This document shows, piece by piece, positions 50,968 through 59,915 of a DNA stretch of 64,000 nucleotides (the first letter of the stretch is position 1; each line of letters begins with the position of its first letter). This stretch comes from Candidatus Rokubacteria bacterium RIFCSPLOWO2_02_FULL_73_56 (GTDB lineage: Bacteria > Methylomirabilota > Methylomirabilia > Rokubacteriales > CSP1-6): assembly GCA_001788495.1 (NCBI GenBank), contig MGCF01000006.1, forward strand, positions 2,106 to 66,105, in the 5' to 3' direction. Position numbers and translations under genes: made by a program. Under the pieces are notes generated by a model that made no database searches, was not told the origin of the DNA, and worked only from the letters and a program-made list of their open reading frames with translations.

Positions 50968-52959
50968 CTACGCGCGCGCGACCGGCTCGCGCTCGGCGAG
51001 CCACGCGTGCGCGGCGGCGCGCAGCGCCGCGCGCTCGCGCGGGTCGAGCCCCGCGGGGTCGAACCGGTAGCGGTAGTGCAGGCGGACGAGCGGCCGGAGC
51101 GCGTCCTCGTGGATGCGCTCGACCCACGCCGACGCCGGCTCGGACGGGCGCCGGCCGCGCCCCGCCACGGCCAGCGCCCGCTCGACGAGGTAGAACTCCG
51201 AATCGTCCCCGCGGCGCTGCCGCGGTGCCGCGGGGGCCGGCACCGCCGCGCCGCCCCGGCCGACGCGCTTGCGCGCCCAGAGGCGCCACGCGAGGAGCAG
51301 GATGAGGGGGATCAGCAGCCAGGCCAGGTACGGTCCCATCCAGTCGCCGCCCTCGCTCCAGCGCCACCGCGCGAAGAGGAACTGCGCCCACGCCCACAGG
51401 TCGCCCACCGGCCCCAGGAGCGAGTCCGGGGTCTCCTCGTCCACCCACACGGACGGCGTCGTGTCCACGTCCCGCCACGCGCCGCCGACCCACGCCAGCG
51501 CCCACGCGTGCGCGTGGCGCTGCCGCACGATCCAGCGCCGCTCGAGCCAGCTCCACTCCTGCACGGAGTAGCCGACGGCGTAGCGCGCGGGGAGGCCGGC
51601 AGCACGCAGCAGCAGGACGGTCGCCGTCGCGAAGTACTCGCAGTGGCCGGCGCGCGTCTCGAGCAGGAACTGCTCGAGCGGGGGGACGTCCCGCCGCGCG
51701 GCGCGCCGGTAGAGCGAGTAGCGGAAGTTCCGCCGGAACCAGCGCTCGACGGCGCGCACCGCCTCGGCGGGCGGGAGCGTGGCGAGGCGGAGCTCCGCGG
51801 CGACGCGCGCCAGGACCACCGCCTCGCGCGCCGGCACGCCCGTGTCGGCCTCGGTCGGCGGCGCGTCGAGCGGCGCCGCCGGGTCGAAGCGGACGCCGTA
51901 GGTGACGAGGCCGAGGCCCTCGTCCACCTTCACCGCGCCGAGCCGGTTCCGGCTCACGGTGACGGCCGCGAGCCGGTCGAGCCGGTACGCGCCGTTCGGC
52001 AGCGTCAGGACGCCGCGGCCGCGGGGCAGGTACGCGCTGATCGCGACCGTGCGCGGCGCCGTGGCGGGCGGCCCGAGCGTCCACGTCTCGCCGTCGGCCT
52101 CCGGCTGGATCGGCGTGAACCCGGCGGCGGACGCGAACCACGCGGGCGAGCTGTAGAGGTCGTAGCTCGCCTCGCGCAGCAGCAGCGGCACCCGGACGCC
52201 GGGGCCCGGGTCCACGCGCAGCACGACGCGCTCGGAGAGCTTCAGCTCGCCGAGTTGCCCGATCGCCGTCATGCTGCGGAACGGGTCCAGGTCCCGGCGC
52301 ACGAGGCTGAAGATGTACTCGAAGACCCGTTCCTCGACGACGGTCTGCAGGCGGTGGAGCGCCGCCTGGCCGCCCCAGCCGAGCGCGGCCGCCGCGACGA
52401 CGAGCGCCGCCCACCAGGCGGGCCGGAAGCGCCGCGAGCGCTCGAACCAGAGCGCCCAGCCGACGAGCGCGCAGAGGCCCGCGTAGAACACGGGCGTGCG
52501 CACGTTCGCCGCGCTCGTCGCGAGCACGACGAGCGCCAGGTACGGGTAGGCGAAGTCCACCGCGCCGGCCGGCGCCGCCGGGTCGCGCTCGGCCCGGCGC
52601 CGCAGCGCCCAGAAGAAGGCGGTGAGCGGCACGCGGCCCTCCACGCTGTAGGCCTGGCAGGCGGCCAGGGGCGCGAGGAGCAGGGGCAGCCACTCGAACA
52701 GGATCGTGAGCGCCCGCGGCCCGGCGACGGCCGTCCGCCCGGCGCCCGTCGTCGCGAAGAGGTAGACGGCGCCGCCCAGGAAGAGGACGGCGCACAGGTC
52801 GGCGACGCGGTTGAAGTCGCTCCGCGACAGCTCGAGGCGCCACGTGACGGCGCGCGCGCCTTCGAGGAGGGTCGCGACGGCGAGGCCGAAGAAGACGAGG
52901 CCGGTCTGCCAGCCCCAGAAGACGAGCGCGGCGCCGAGCAGGAGCGGCGGCGTGCTCAC
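50968..52959 (-). CDS. Transglutaminase-domain membrane protein (TgpA-like)
   Basis: C-terminal 663 codons of track ORF 50968..54636, from GTG 52959 (GTGA overlap with the DUF58 stop). N-terminal TM block, then the catalytic region RAGHCEYFATATVLLLRAAGLPARYAVGY...RHAHAWALAWVGGAWRDVDTTP. Confidence 0.85.
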   Translation of the reverse strand: MSTPPLLLGAALVFWGWQTGLVFFGLAVATLLEGARAVTWRLELSRSDFNRVADLCAVLFLGGAVYLFATTGAGRTAVAGPRALTILFEWLPLLLAPLAACQAYSVEGRVPLTAFFWALRRRAERDPAAPAGAVDFAYPYLALVVLATSAANVRTPVFYAGLCALVGWALWFERSRRFRPAWWAALVVAAAALGWGGQAALHRLQTVVEERVFEYIFSLVRRDLDPFRSMTAIGQLGELKLSERVVLRVDPGPGVRVPLLLREASYDLYSSPAWFASAAGFTPIQPEADGETWTLGPPATAPRTVAISAYLPRGRGVLTLPNGAYRLDRLAAVTVSRNRLGAVKVDEGLGLVTYGVRFDPAAPLDAPPTEADTGVPAREAVVLARVAAELRLATLPPAEAVRAVERWFRRNFRYSLYRRAARRDVPPLEQFLLETRAGHCEYFATATVLLLRAAGLPARYAVGYSVQEWSWLERRWIVRQRHAHAWALAWVGGAWRDVDTTPSVWVDEETPDSLLGPVGDLWAWAQFLFARWRWSEGGDWMGPYLAWLLIPLILLLAWRLWARKRVGRGGAAVPAPAAPRQRRGDDSEFYLVERALAVAGRGRRPSEPASAWVERIHEDALRPLVRLHYRYRFDPAGLDPRERAALRAAAHAWLAEREPVARA

Positions 52960-54284
52960 GCGAGCGCCAGCCCCTCGCGGATCCGCCCCGCGACCAGGTG
53001 CCGCGCGTCGGCCGGCAGCCCCGGCAGGGCCACGCCGGGCGCGGTCACGACGAAGACGCGCGTGGGGGTGCCGAGCGCCTGCAGGTGGCGGATCAGCTCG
53101 CGGCGCGGCGCGTCCCACGCGAGCAGCACGCACACGCAGCCGCTCAGCGTGCCGACGCGCTCGAGCACCGCGGTGTGGAGCGCGCGGAACGGCCTGTCGC
53201 GGCACACGCCGACGCTCGCCAGCACCTCGAGCATCCGGTCCGTGTGGCCGAGCCCGCGGCCGGCGGTGAAGCAGTACGCCTCGGGGCCCACGAACATGAG
53301 GTCGAGCAGCGACTCCTGCGTGTCGATCGAGACCGCGATCGACGCGGCGACGGAAACCGCCTCCTCGAACGCCGGCTCGCCGTCCGCGGCGCCGAACGTG
53401 TCGAGCACGAGCGCGTGGCGCACGAAGAACTCGTCGAGGTATTCCTTCACCACCGGCTTGCCGACGCGCGCCCAGCTCTTCCAGTGGATGCGCCGGAGCG
53501 GGTCGCCCGGGCGGTAGTCGCGCAGCGCGACGAACTCCTCCGAGTCGCCGACCGACGACGCGAGCGCGACGCCGCCCGGCTGGTACTTGCGGGTGCCCGG
53601 CAGCCCGATGTCGGGCACCGGATAGCGCCGCGGCAGCACGACGAGCGACTGCGGCAGCGGCAGCCGCCGGAGCGCCTGCACGAGGCCGAGCGGGTCGGGG
53701 CGCGCGATCGTCACCGCAGCGAACCGGAGCCGCCCGCGGCGCATCGGCGTGACCTCCACGCGCACCTCCACCTCGTCCCGCGGCGGCAGCGGCGGCACCG
53801 GGCGCCGCGGGATCACGGCGCCCCGGTTGCGCGCGACGAGCCACATCCAGCGAGGGTAGCCGACGGTGCGGTCGAACCAGTTGCGCCGCTCCTCGCCGGG
53901 CTCGCGCGCGCGCGTGAACTCCTCGAAGGACGGGCGCGGGTCGGCCAGGTCGTCGAGCAGCACGAGGCCCTCCTGGCGCGCGTCGGTCTCGTTCGTGAGC
54001 ACGACGCGGTACGTGACCGGCTGGCCGGCGGTGGCGAAGCGCGGCAGGACGCGGCGCGCCGAGAGCCGCGCGCGGAAGGTCGCGCTCGCCGCCGTGGCGA
54101 GCACGAGCAGCGCGCCCAGGAGCGCGAACACCTGGGAGCCGAGCGTGCGGTTGGTGTCGAGCCCGACGACCGCGGCCGCCCCGAACGCCGCGAGCGCGAG
54201 CCGCCCGGCGGGCGTGAGCCGCCGGCCGAGCCGGTGCTGGAGCGAGGAGACCGACCGGAACCAGCGGTACCAGACTCGCCGCAT
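52956..54284 (-). CDS. DUF58-domain protein (vWA-like, MoxR-associated)
   Basis: Track ORF of 442 aa. GDSEEFVALRDYRPGDPLRRIHWKSWARVGKPVVKEYLDEFFVRHALVLD. Confidence 0.85.
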   Translation of the reverse strand: MRRVWYRWFRSVSSLQHRLGRRLTPAGRLALAAFGAAAVVGLDTNRTLGSQVFALLGALLVLATAASATFRARLSARRVLPRFATAGQPVTYRVVLTNETDARQEGLVLLDDLADPRPSFEEFTRAREPGEERRNWFDRTVGYPRWMWLVARNRGAVIPRRPVPPLPPRDEVEVRVEVTPMRRGRLRFAAVTIARPDPLGLVQALRRLPLPQSLVVLPRRYPVPDIGLPGTRKYQPGGVALASSVGDSEEFVALRDYRPGDPLRRIHWKSWARVGKPVVKEYLDEFFVRHALVLDTFGAADGEPAFEEAVSVAASIAVSIDTQESLLDLMFVGPEAYCFTAGRGLGHTDRMLEVLASVGVCRDRPFRALHTAVLERVGTLSGCVCVLLAWDAPRRELIRHLQALGTPTRVFVVTAPGVALPGLPADARHLVAGRIREGLALA

Positions 54285-54293
54285 GGCGCCCCG

Positions 54294-55232
54294 CTAGACC
54301 GGCACCGGCACCTTCTTGAGGATCTCCTCGACGACCGAGGCGGTGGTGACGCCCGAGAAGCGCGCCTGGGGGTCGACGACCATGCGGTGGGCGACGACCG
54401 ACACGGCGATCTCCTGGACGTCCTCGGGGATCACGAACTCGCGGCCCTCGAGCAGGGCGAGGGCCTGGGCGGCCTTCATGAGCGCGAGCGAGGCGCGCGG
54501 GCTCGCACCGAGCTGCACGCCCTCGGCCGAGCGCGTCGCGCTCACGACGTCGACGACGTAGCGCTTGAGCTCGTCGGTCATCCGCACCGCCGCCACGCTC
54601 TCCCGCACGCCGAGCATGTCCGCCAGGGACACGCACGGCGTCACGTCGTCGATCGGGTGCCGCCGCGCCTGCGCCGAGAGGATCGCCACTTCCTCCTCGG
54701 GCGCGACGTAGCCGAGGCTGAACTGCAGGGCGAAGCGGTCCATCTGCGCCTCGGGGAGCGGGTACGTGCCGCGGAACTCCACCGGGTTCTGGGTCGCGAT
54801 GACGAAGAACAGCTCCTCGAGCCGGTAGGACTGGCCCTCGATCGAGACCTGCCCCTCGGCCATCGCCTCGAGCAGCGCCGACTGCGTCCGCGGCGAGGCG
54901 CGGTTGATCTCGTCGGCGAGCAGGATGTTGGTGAAGACCGGGCCCTCGTGGAAGTGGAAGGCGTGGTCGCGCTGGTCGTAGACGGACACGCCGAGGATGT
55001 CCGAGGGCAGGAGGTCGGGCGTGAACTGCACGCGCTTGAACGTGGCTCCGATCGAGCGGGCGAGCGCCTTGGCGAGCGTGGTCTTGCCCGTGCCCGGGTA
55101 GTCCTCGAGCAGGACGTGCCCGCCGCTGGCGAAGGCGGCCAGGAGCTTGCGGACCGCCGACGACTGCCCCTTGATGACGGTCTCGATGCTCGCGGCGAGC
55201 TTCGCGCAGACCTCCCGGGGCGGCAGGCTCAT
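54294..55232 (-). CDS. MoxR-family AAA+ ATPase
   Basis: Track ORF of 312 aa. GGHVLLEDYPGTGKTTLAKALARSI...LLADEINRASPRTQSALLEAMAEGQVSIEG. Confidence 0.9.
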   Translation of the reverse strand: MSLPPREVCAKLAASIETVIKGQSSAVRKLLAAFASGGHVLLEDYPGTGKTTLAKALARSIGATFKRVQFTPDLLPSDILGVSVYDQRDHAFHFHEGPVFTNILLADEINRASPRTQSALLEAMAEGQVSIEGQSYRLEELFFVIATQNPVEFRGTYPLPEAQMDRFALQFSLGYVAPEEEVAILSAQARRHPIDDVTPCVSLADMLGVRESVAAVRMTDELKRYVVDVVSATRSAEGVQLGASPRASLALMKAAQALALLEGREFVIPEDVQEIAVSVVAHRMVVDPQARFSGVTTASVVEEILKKVPVPV

Positions 55233-55242
55233 GGCTCCAACT

Positions 55243-55500
55243 CTACCCCGACCGGCGCAGGGCGGCGATCATATCCAGCACCCGCAGGATCTCGCGCCCT
55301 CGCGGTCCACGACGAACGTCGAGCGGTAGGCGACGTTGCGCTCGGCGTCGAGCACCGGGAAGGCGCGGAGGGCCGTGCGGTGGACGTCGGCCAGGAGCGG
55401 GAACGGCAGGGCCCGCGCCCGCGCGAACGCGGCGTGGCAGAACGGGCGGAACCCGGGGGCGGCGTGGCCGAAGCGCAGGCCGGTCACGCCGGCGGGTCCT
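55243..55500 (-). pseudogene. Remnant of a peroxiredoxin (BCP/AhpC-TSA type) gene. It is N-terminally truncated and frameshifted near the 3' end.
   Basis: One frame gives FCHAAFARARALPFPLLADVHRTALRAFPVLDAERNVAYRSTFVVDREG and then stops. A second frame continues EILRVLDMIAALRRSG-stop. The N-terminal active-site Cys region is missing and is replaced by the 3' end of the enoyl-CoA hydratase gene. Confidence 0.55.
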
Positions 55501-56290
55501 CGAACCGCGGTGGGCGCCGCTCGAGGTTGGCGCGGACGGCCTCGGCGTGGTTGGCGCCATCGAGCAGCGCGCGCTGCACGCGCTCCTCCAGGCGCAGGCC
55601 CTCCTCGAGGCCCGCGGTCACGGCACGCTGGAGCAGGCGCTTGCCGGCGCGGACCGCGTCGGGCGACCGGGCGGCGAGCTCGCGCGCGAGCTCGAGCGCG
55701 GTCGCGCGCGGCGTCGCGGAGAGCCGCGTCGCCAGGCCGAGCGCGACCGCCTCGGTGCCTGTGACGACCCGGCCGGTCAGCGCCAGCTCCTTCAGCACGT
55801 CGAGCCGCACGAGGTGGCGGAGCGTCTGCGTGCCGGTCATGTCGGGGACGAGCCCCCAGCGGACCTCCATGACCGAGAGCTGCGCGTCCGGCGCGACCAG
55901 GCGGATGTCGGCGGCGAGCGCGATCTGCAGCCCGCCGCCGAAGCACGCGCCGTGCACCGCGGCGATCACCGGCACGGGCAGCTCCGCCCAGACCCACGCC
56001 GCCTGCTGGGCGAAGGTGGCGACCTCGCCGGGCTCGCGCGCGAGCAGGTCCCGCACGGCGCGGCCCTCGGCCCGCGCCGCCGCGAAGCTCGCGAAGTCGA
56101 GGCCCGCCGAGAACGCGCGCCCCTCGCCGGAGAGCACGACGGCGCGCAGCGCGCGGTCGCCGGCGAGGGCCCGCCCCGTCGCCACGAGCGCCTCGAACAT
56201 GGCCGCGTCGAGGCCGTTCAGCTTGTCCGGCCGGTTGAGCCGCACGTCGGCCACGCCGGCGTGCCGCGCGACGCTGACGCGCTCGCTCAC
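55484..56290 (-). CDS. Enoyl-CoA hydratase/isomerase (crotonase) family protein
   Basis: C-terminal 268 codons of track ORF 55484..56515, from GTG 56290 (GTGA overlap). VADVRLNRPDKLNGLDAAMFEAL...VVLSGEGRAFSAGLD...PVIAAVHGACFGGGLQIALAADIRL. Confidence 0.85.
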   Translation of the reverse strand: MSERVSVARHAGVADVRLNRPDKLNGLDAAMFEALVATGRALAGDRALRAVVLSGEGRAFSAGLDFASFAAARAEGRAVRDLLAREPGEVATFAQQAAWVWAELPVPVIAAVHGACFGGGLQIALAADIRLVAPDAQLSVMEVRWGLVPDMTGTQTLRHLVRLDVLKELALTGRVVTGTEAVALGLATRLSATPRATALELARELAARSPDAVRAGKRLLQRAVTAGLEEGLRLEERVQRALLDGANHAEAVRANLERRPPRFEDPPA

Positions 56291-56568
56291 GGGGCTTTCC
56301 ACTCGATCTCGACGAAGGCGAACTCGAAGGGGTTCGCGTTCTTGACGTCGTGCTCGACCCCCGCGGGGCGGAAGTACGCGCGGCCCGTGCGCAGGTCGGC
56401 CGGGGCGACGCCGTCGGGCCCCACGACCTCGAGGCGGCCCGTCGAGAGCGGCACCACCACGTAGGGATGCTCGTGACGGTGCCGGCCGGTCGTGGCGCCG
56501 GGCGCGAACCGCCACTCCGTGACGCGGACGCTCGCGTTGTCGATCTGGACCGTGGCCACGGCGCGCAT
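56287..56568 (-). CDS. Cupin-domain protein
   Basis: Track ORF of 93 aa. VTEWRFAPGATTGRHRHEHPYVVVPLSTGRLEV...RPAGVEHDVKNANPFEFAFVEIE. Confidence 0.75.
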   Translation of the reverse strand: MRAVATVQIDNASVRVTEWRFAPGATTGRHRHEHPYVVVPLSTGRLEVVGPDGVAPADLRTGRAYFRPAGVEHDVKNANPFEFAFVEIEWKAP

Positions 56569-56616
56569 CGCGGAGGCTACGGTAGCACGCCGCGACGGGG
56601 AGCGGTGACGCGCGCG

Positions 56617-57708
56617 CTACTTGTCCTTGCCCTTGCCCTTGCCGGGCCCGCCGCCGAGGACGCCGTACGCGTTCCCGCTGCCCCTGCCGCTGACGACGCC
56701 GAGCGCGTTGCCGTTACCCATCGCGCCCGGCGCCACCGCCGGCGCGCCCACGCTGCCGGCGCCCGGCACCCCCGCCGCCGCGGGCACCGTCCCGCTCGCC
56801 GCGCCCACGGTGCCGCTGCCCGGGCCGCCGCCGACCGCGCCGAAGGCGTTGCCGCCGCCGGGCACACCCGCGCCGCTCGCGCCCGACACGCCGCTCGCCG
56901 CGCCCGCCCCCGCCTCGCTGCTCGCGCTGCCGTCCACGCGTCCGCGCGCGACGCCCGCGCCCGGCGTCGCGACCGGCGGCAGCGTCCGCGTCAGGTCGCG
57001 CGCCGCGTTCGCGACGGCCGCCCGGATCAGCGGCTGCATGCTCGCCGCGGGCGCCTCCCGCGGGATCACCGAGAAGCTGCGCCCGAGGCCGCCGGCGGCC
57101 TCACGGGGGATCGTCCGCACGGGCGACAGCGCGCGCGTCACGCCGATCTGCTGGAGCGCGCCGACGTCCACCGGCCGGCCGACGGGTCGGCCCGCCGCGT
57201 CGAGCCGCGTCACGTCGATGAGGCCGCGCAGCACGGTGATCGTCGAGGCGGGCCCGCCGTCGCCCGACACGACCTCGGCGACGACGACCGTGCCGCGGAT
57301 CGCGGCGACCGCGTTCGGCGTGCGGATCTCGACGACCTCGCCCTGCCGCATCCGGGTCTTGTCCACGGCGACGGCGATCTTGCCCTCGGCGAGGCTCACG
57401 GTGGAGGTCCCGGGGCGCTCGGTGATGACGAGCACCGAGTGCTCGCGCGCCGTGACGGTCGCCTTGCCCCCGAGCAGGATGCGCACGACCGAGCGCTCGC
57501 CCGTCGTGATCCGGTCGCGCACGAAGACGTCGTCCCTGAACTTGAGCGGGGCGGGCTCGGCGACGGCGGTCCGCTCGACGGTCGCCGTGCCCTGGAGCGA
57601 GGCGACGACGCCGACCGGCCTCGTCTCCGTCGAGCCCGGGCCGCAGAGCGCGAGCGTGGCAAGCGTCGCCAGGATGGTCGGCCGAACGGCCCGTCTGAGC
57701 ATCGTCAT
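56617..57708 (-). CDS. FecR-domain secreted protein with a Gly/Ala-rich C-terminal tail
   Basis: Codon 116 onward of track ORF 56617..58053, with GGAGGG upstream. MTMLRRAVRPTILATLATLALCG (signal peptide), then FRDDVFVRDRITTGERSVVRILLGGKATVTAREHSVLVI...VEIRTPNAVAAIRGT. Confidence 0.7.
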   Translation of the reverse strand: MTMLRRAVRPTILATLATLALCGPGSTETRPVGVVASLQGTATVERTAVAEPAPLKFRDDVFVRDRITTGERSVVRILLGGKATVTAREHSVLVITERPGTSTVSLAEGKIAVAVDKTRMRQGEVVEIRTPNAVAAIRGTVVVAEVVSGDGGPASTITVLRGLIDVTRLDAAGRPVGRPVDVGALQQIGVTRALSPVRTIPREAAGGLGRSFSVIPREAPAASMQPLIRAAVANAARDLTRTLPPVATPGAGVARGRVDGSASSEAGAGAASGVSGASGAGVPGGGNAFGAVGGGPGSGTVGAASGTVPAAAGVPGAGSVGAPAVAPGAMGNGNALGVVSGRGSGNAYGVLGGGPGKGKGKDK

Positions 57709-58030
57709 GGGATCCCTCCGCCGGGGCGTCCGCCCCGCGTCGCCGAGAGGCCGGAATTCGCTGGCCGAAAAGGAAGCAATTCCACTGCCACCGGGATTCC
57801 GGAATCCGGCGCGAGCCCGCCGCCGGGCGGGGCGGCGTTTTCGTCCGCCGTTCCGCCGCGTTCGGCGTGCGCTCGTCCGGGACCGCCCCCGTCCCGGCCG
57901 GCGCCGGCAGGGCCGTGCCGGCCGTCGCGCGCGCCGCGCTGGACGGCCTGGCAACGCGGGCTGCCACGATGGCCCGGCGCGGGGCGCGGTATAGTTTCCG
58001 GACACGGGGCTCACCGACACGGGAGGGACG

Positions 58031-59161
58031 ATGCTGCCGCTCGAGGGGATCAAGGTGGTCGAGATCGCGCAGAACCTCGCGGGCCCCTACGCCGGGGAGA
58101 TCCTGGCGGCGCTCGGGGCCGACGTGGTCAAGGTGGAGCGCCCGGAGGGCGGCGACGACGCGCGCGGCTGGGGTCCGCCGTTCTGGCGGGGCACCTCGCC
58201 CGCGTTCCTCACGATGAACAGCGACAAGCGCTCGATCACCCTCGACCTCAAGGACCCCGCGGCGGTCGCCTGGCTCACGGCCTACCTCGGCGACGCCGAC
58301 GTCCTCGTGCAGAACCTGCGGCCGGGCGTCCTCGAGGCGTTCGGGCTCGGCCCCGAGGCGCTGCTGGCGAAGTATCCGCGCCTCGTCTACTGCTCGCTCT
58401 GGGCGTTCGGCCGGACGGGGCCGCTGCGCCTCAGACCCGGCTACGAGCCGATGGTCCAGGCGTTCGCCGGGCTCATGACCGTGAACGGCGACGAGGGCGG
58501 GCCGCCGACGCGGATCGGCACCTCGATCCTCGACTACGGCACCGGGATGTGGACGGCGATCGGGACGCTCGCGGCGCTGGTGCGCCGCCAGCAGACGGGG
58601 CGTGGCGGCGTCGTGGACGCCTCGCTGTTCGAGACCGCGCTCGCGTGGCTCACCGGCCACTACACCGCGTACCGGATCACCGGCGAGCTGCCCGTCCCCC
58701 ACCGCAGCGGCAGCCGGCGGCTGGTGGTCTTCCAGGCCTTCGAGGCGAAGGACGGCCCGGTCATCGTCGCCGCCGGCAACGACCGGCTCTTCGCCAAGCT
58801 CGCCGAGGCGCTCGGCCGGCCCGACTGGGCGCAGGACGCGCGCTTCGCGACGAACGCCGCGCGGGTGACGAACCGCGCGGCGCTGATCCCCGAGATCGAG
58901 GCGATCGTGCGCACCCGCACGAAGGCGGAGTGGCTCGAGCGCCTGGAGCAGGCCGGGGTGCCGTGCGCGCCGATCCAGAACCTCGCCGAGGTGCTGGCCG
59001 AGCCGCAGACCGGGGCGACGGGGATGCTCCAGCCCGTGCCCGAGCTCGGGCTCGAGCTGCTGGGGCTGCCGCTGTCCTTCGACGGCGAGCGGCCGCCGAT
59101 CCGGCGCCGGGCGCCGCACCTCGGCGAGCACAACGGCGAGATCCTCGGCGAGCGCGGCTGA
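58031..59161 (+). CDS. Family III CoA-transferase (CaiB/BaiF type)
   Basis: Track ORF of 376 aa. LEGIKVVEIAQNLAGPYAGEILAALGADVVKVERPEGGDDARGWGPP...SITLDLK...VLVQNLRPG. Confidence 0.9.
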   Translation: MLPLEGIKVVEIAQNLAGPYAGEILAALGADVVKVERPEGGDDARGWGPPFWRGTSPAFLTMNSDKRSITLDLKDPAAVAWLTAYLGDADVLVQNLRPGVLEAFGLGPEALLAKYPRLVYCSLWAFGRTGPLRLRPGYEPMVQAFAGLMTVNGDEGGPPTRIGTSILDYGTGMWTAIGTLAALVRRQQTGRGGVVDASLFETALAWLTGHYTAYRITGELPVPHRSGSRRLVVFQAFEAKDGPVIVAAGNDRLFAKLAEALGRPDWAQDARFATNAARVTNRAALIPEIEAIVRTRTKAEWLERLEQAGVPCAPIQNLAEVLAEPQTGATGMLQPVPELGLELLGLPLSFDGERPPIRRRAPHLGEHNGEILGERG

Positions 59162-59170
59162 GCGCCCGCC

Positions 59171-59389
59171 CTAGCGCGCATTATTCACGAACGGTCAGCG
59201 CGCGAGCCGGGCAGGGCCTGTCGCAGGGTGCGGTCCTCGCGGGGCCGGCGCCGTCACCCATTCGCCCGAACGCCGCGCTGCGCGCGGCGGACGGGACGAA
59301 GGGGGCCCACAGCGCGCGGCCCCGCGAGGGCCGCACCCTGCGCCACCCGCCCGGTCGTGCCAGCGCCGTTCGCGAATAACGCGCGCTAG
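59171..59389. repeat. Long (~219 bp) imperfect palindrome bounded by CTAG, filling the gap between two convergent genes
   Basis: The outer arms are ctagcgcgcattattcacgaacgg and ccgttcgcgaataacgcgcgctag (24 nt, 2 mismatches). The inner arms are cgcagggtgcggtcctcgcggggccg and cggccccgcgagggccgcaccctgcg (26 nt, 1 mismatch). The right-hand CTAG supplies the TAG stop of the OsmC-like gene. Confidence 0.7.
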
Positions 59390-59886
59390 CGCGCCGACGC
59401 GCTCGAGAGCGCGACGACCGCGTCGCCGGCGCGCAGCGTGGCGTCCCAGCCGATCGCGATCGCGCCCTTGACGCTCTCGTGGGCGGGGCAGCCCTGCGGG
59501 TGCACGGCGAGCGCGCGCTCGGCGGCCTCGCGCGCCTCCGCCGGCACGCTGAGATCGTAGTGGACCTGGATCGACGCGATGCGGATCGTCGTGCCCGTGC
59601 CGACGATGCGCCCGTCCACCGTCGCCGTGTACGCGCTCCGGTCGAACGTGATCTTGCGCCCTGCCAGGGCGCCGGCCAGCGTGCCGTACATTCAGCCGGC
59701 CACCGCCGCCACGATGTGATCGAGCGTCGAGGCCACCGGCGGGCCCGCCTTGACGCCGTAGTACGCGCGGAGCGCGCCCTGCACGCCGTAGACGACCGGC
59801 TCCGGGACCTCGCCCAGCCACGCGTTGCGGAAGCCGCCGCGGTACTCGAGGCGGGCGTGCGAGACGTACTCGAACTCCTGGCTCAT
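59386..59886 (-). CDS. OsmC/Ohr-family peroxiredoxin-like protein with an in-frame TGA (59692-59694) at the conserved catalytic Cys position. It is either a candidate selenoprotein or a nonsense pseudogene.
   Basis: The last 64 codons of track ORF 59692..61041 (MSQEFEYVSHARLEY...ASTLDHIVAAVAG), the TGA, and track ORF 59386..59691 (MYGTLAGALAGRKITF...VHPQGCPAHESVKG...) are all in one frame. Together they make a normal-length OsmC protein of 166 codons. A strong GGAGGAGGAGGA RBS precedes ATG 59886. Confidence 0.6.
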
Positions 59887-59915
59887 GCGGTCCTCCTCCT
59901 CCTCGTCGGTCGGCT

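Noticed and set aside
57985-57995. A sigma-70 -10 box TATAGT (~57990-57995), 35 nt upstream of the CoA-transferase ATG, and TTGACG-N18-TAGACT (~45049-45078) upstream of ynfA.
   Set aside because: - These are plausible, but there is no convincing -35 element in the first case and the spacer is 18 nt in the second.
- The promoter consensus of this organism is unknown.
- The evidence is too weak to list either as a feature.
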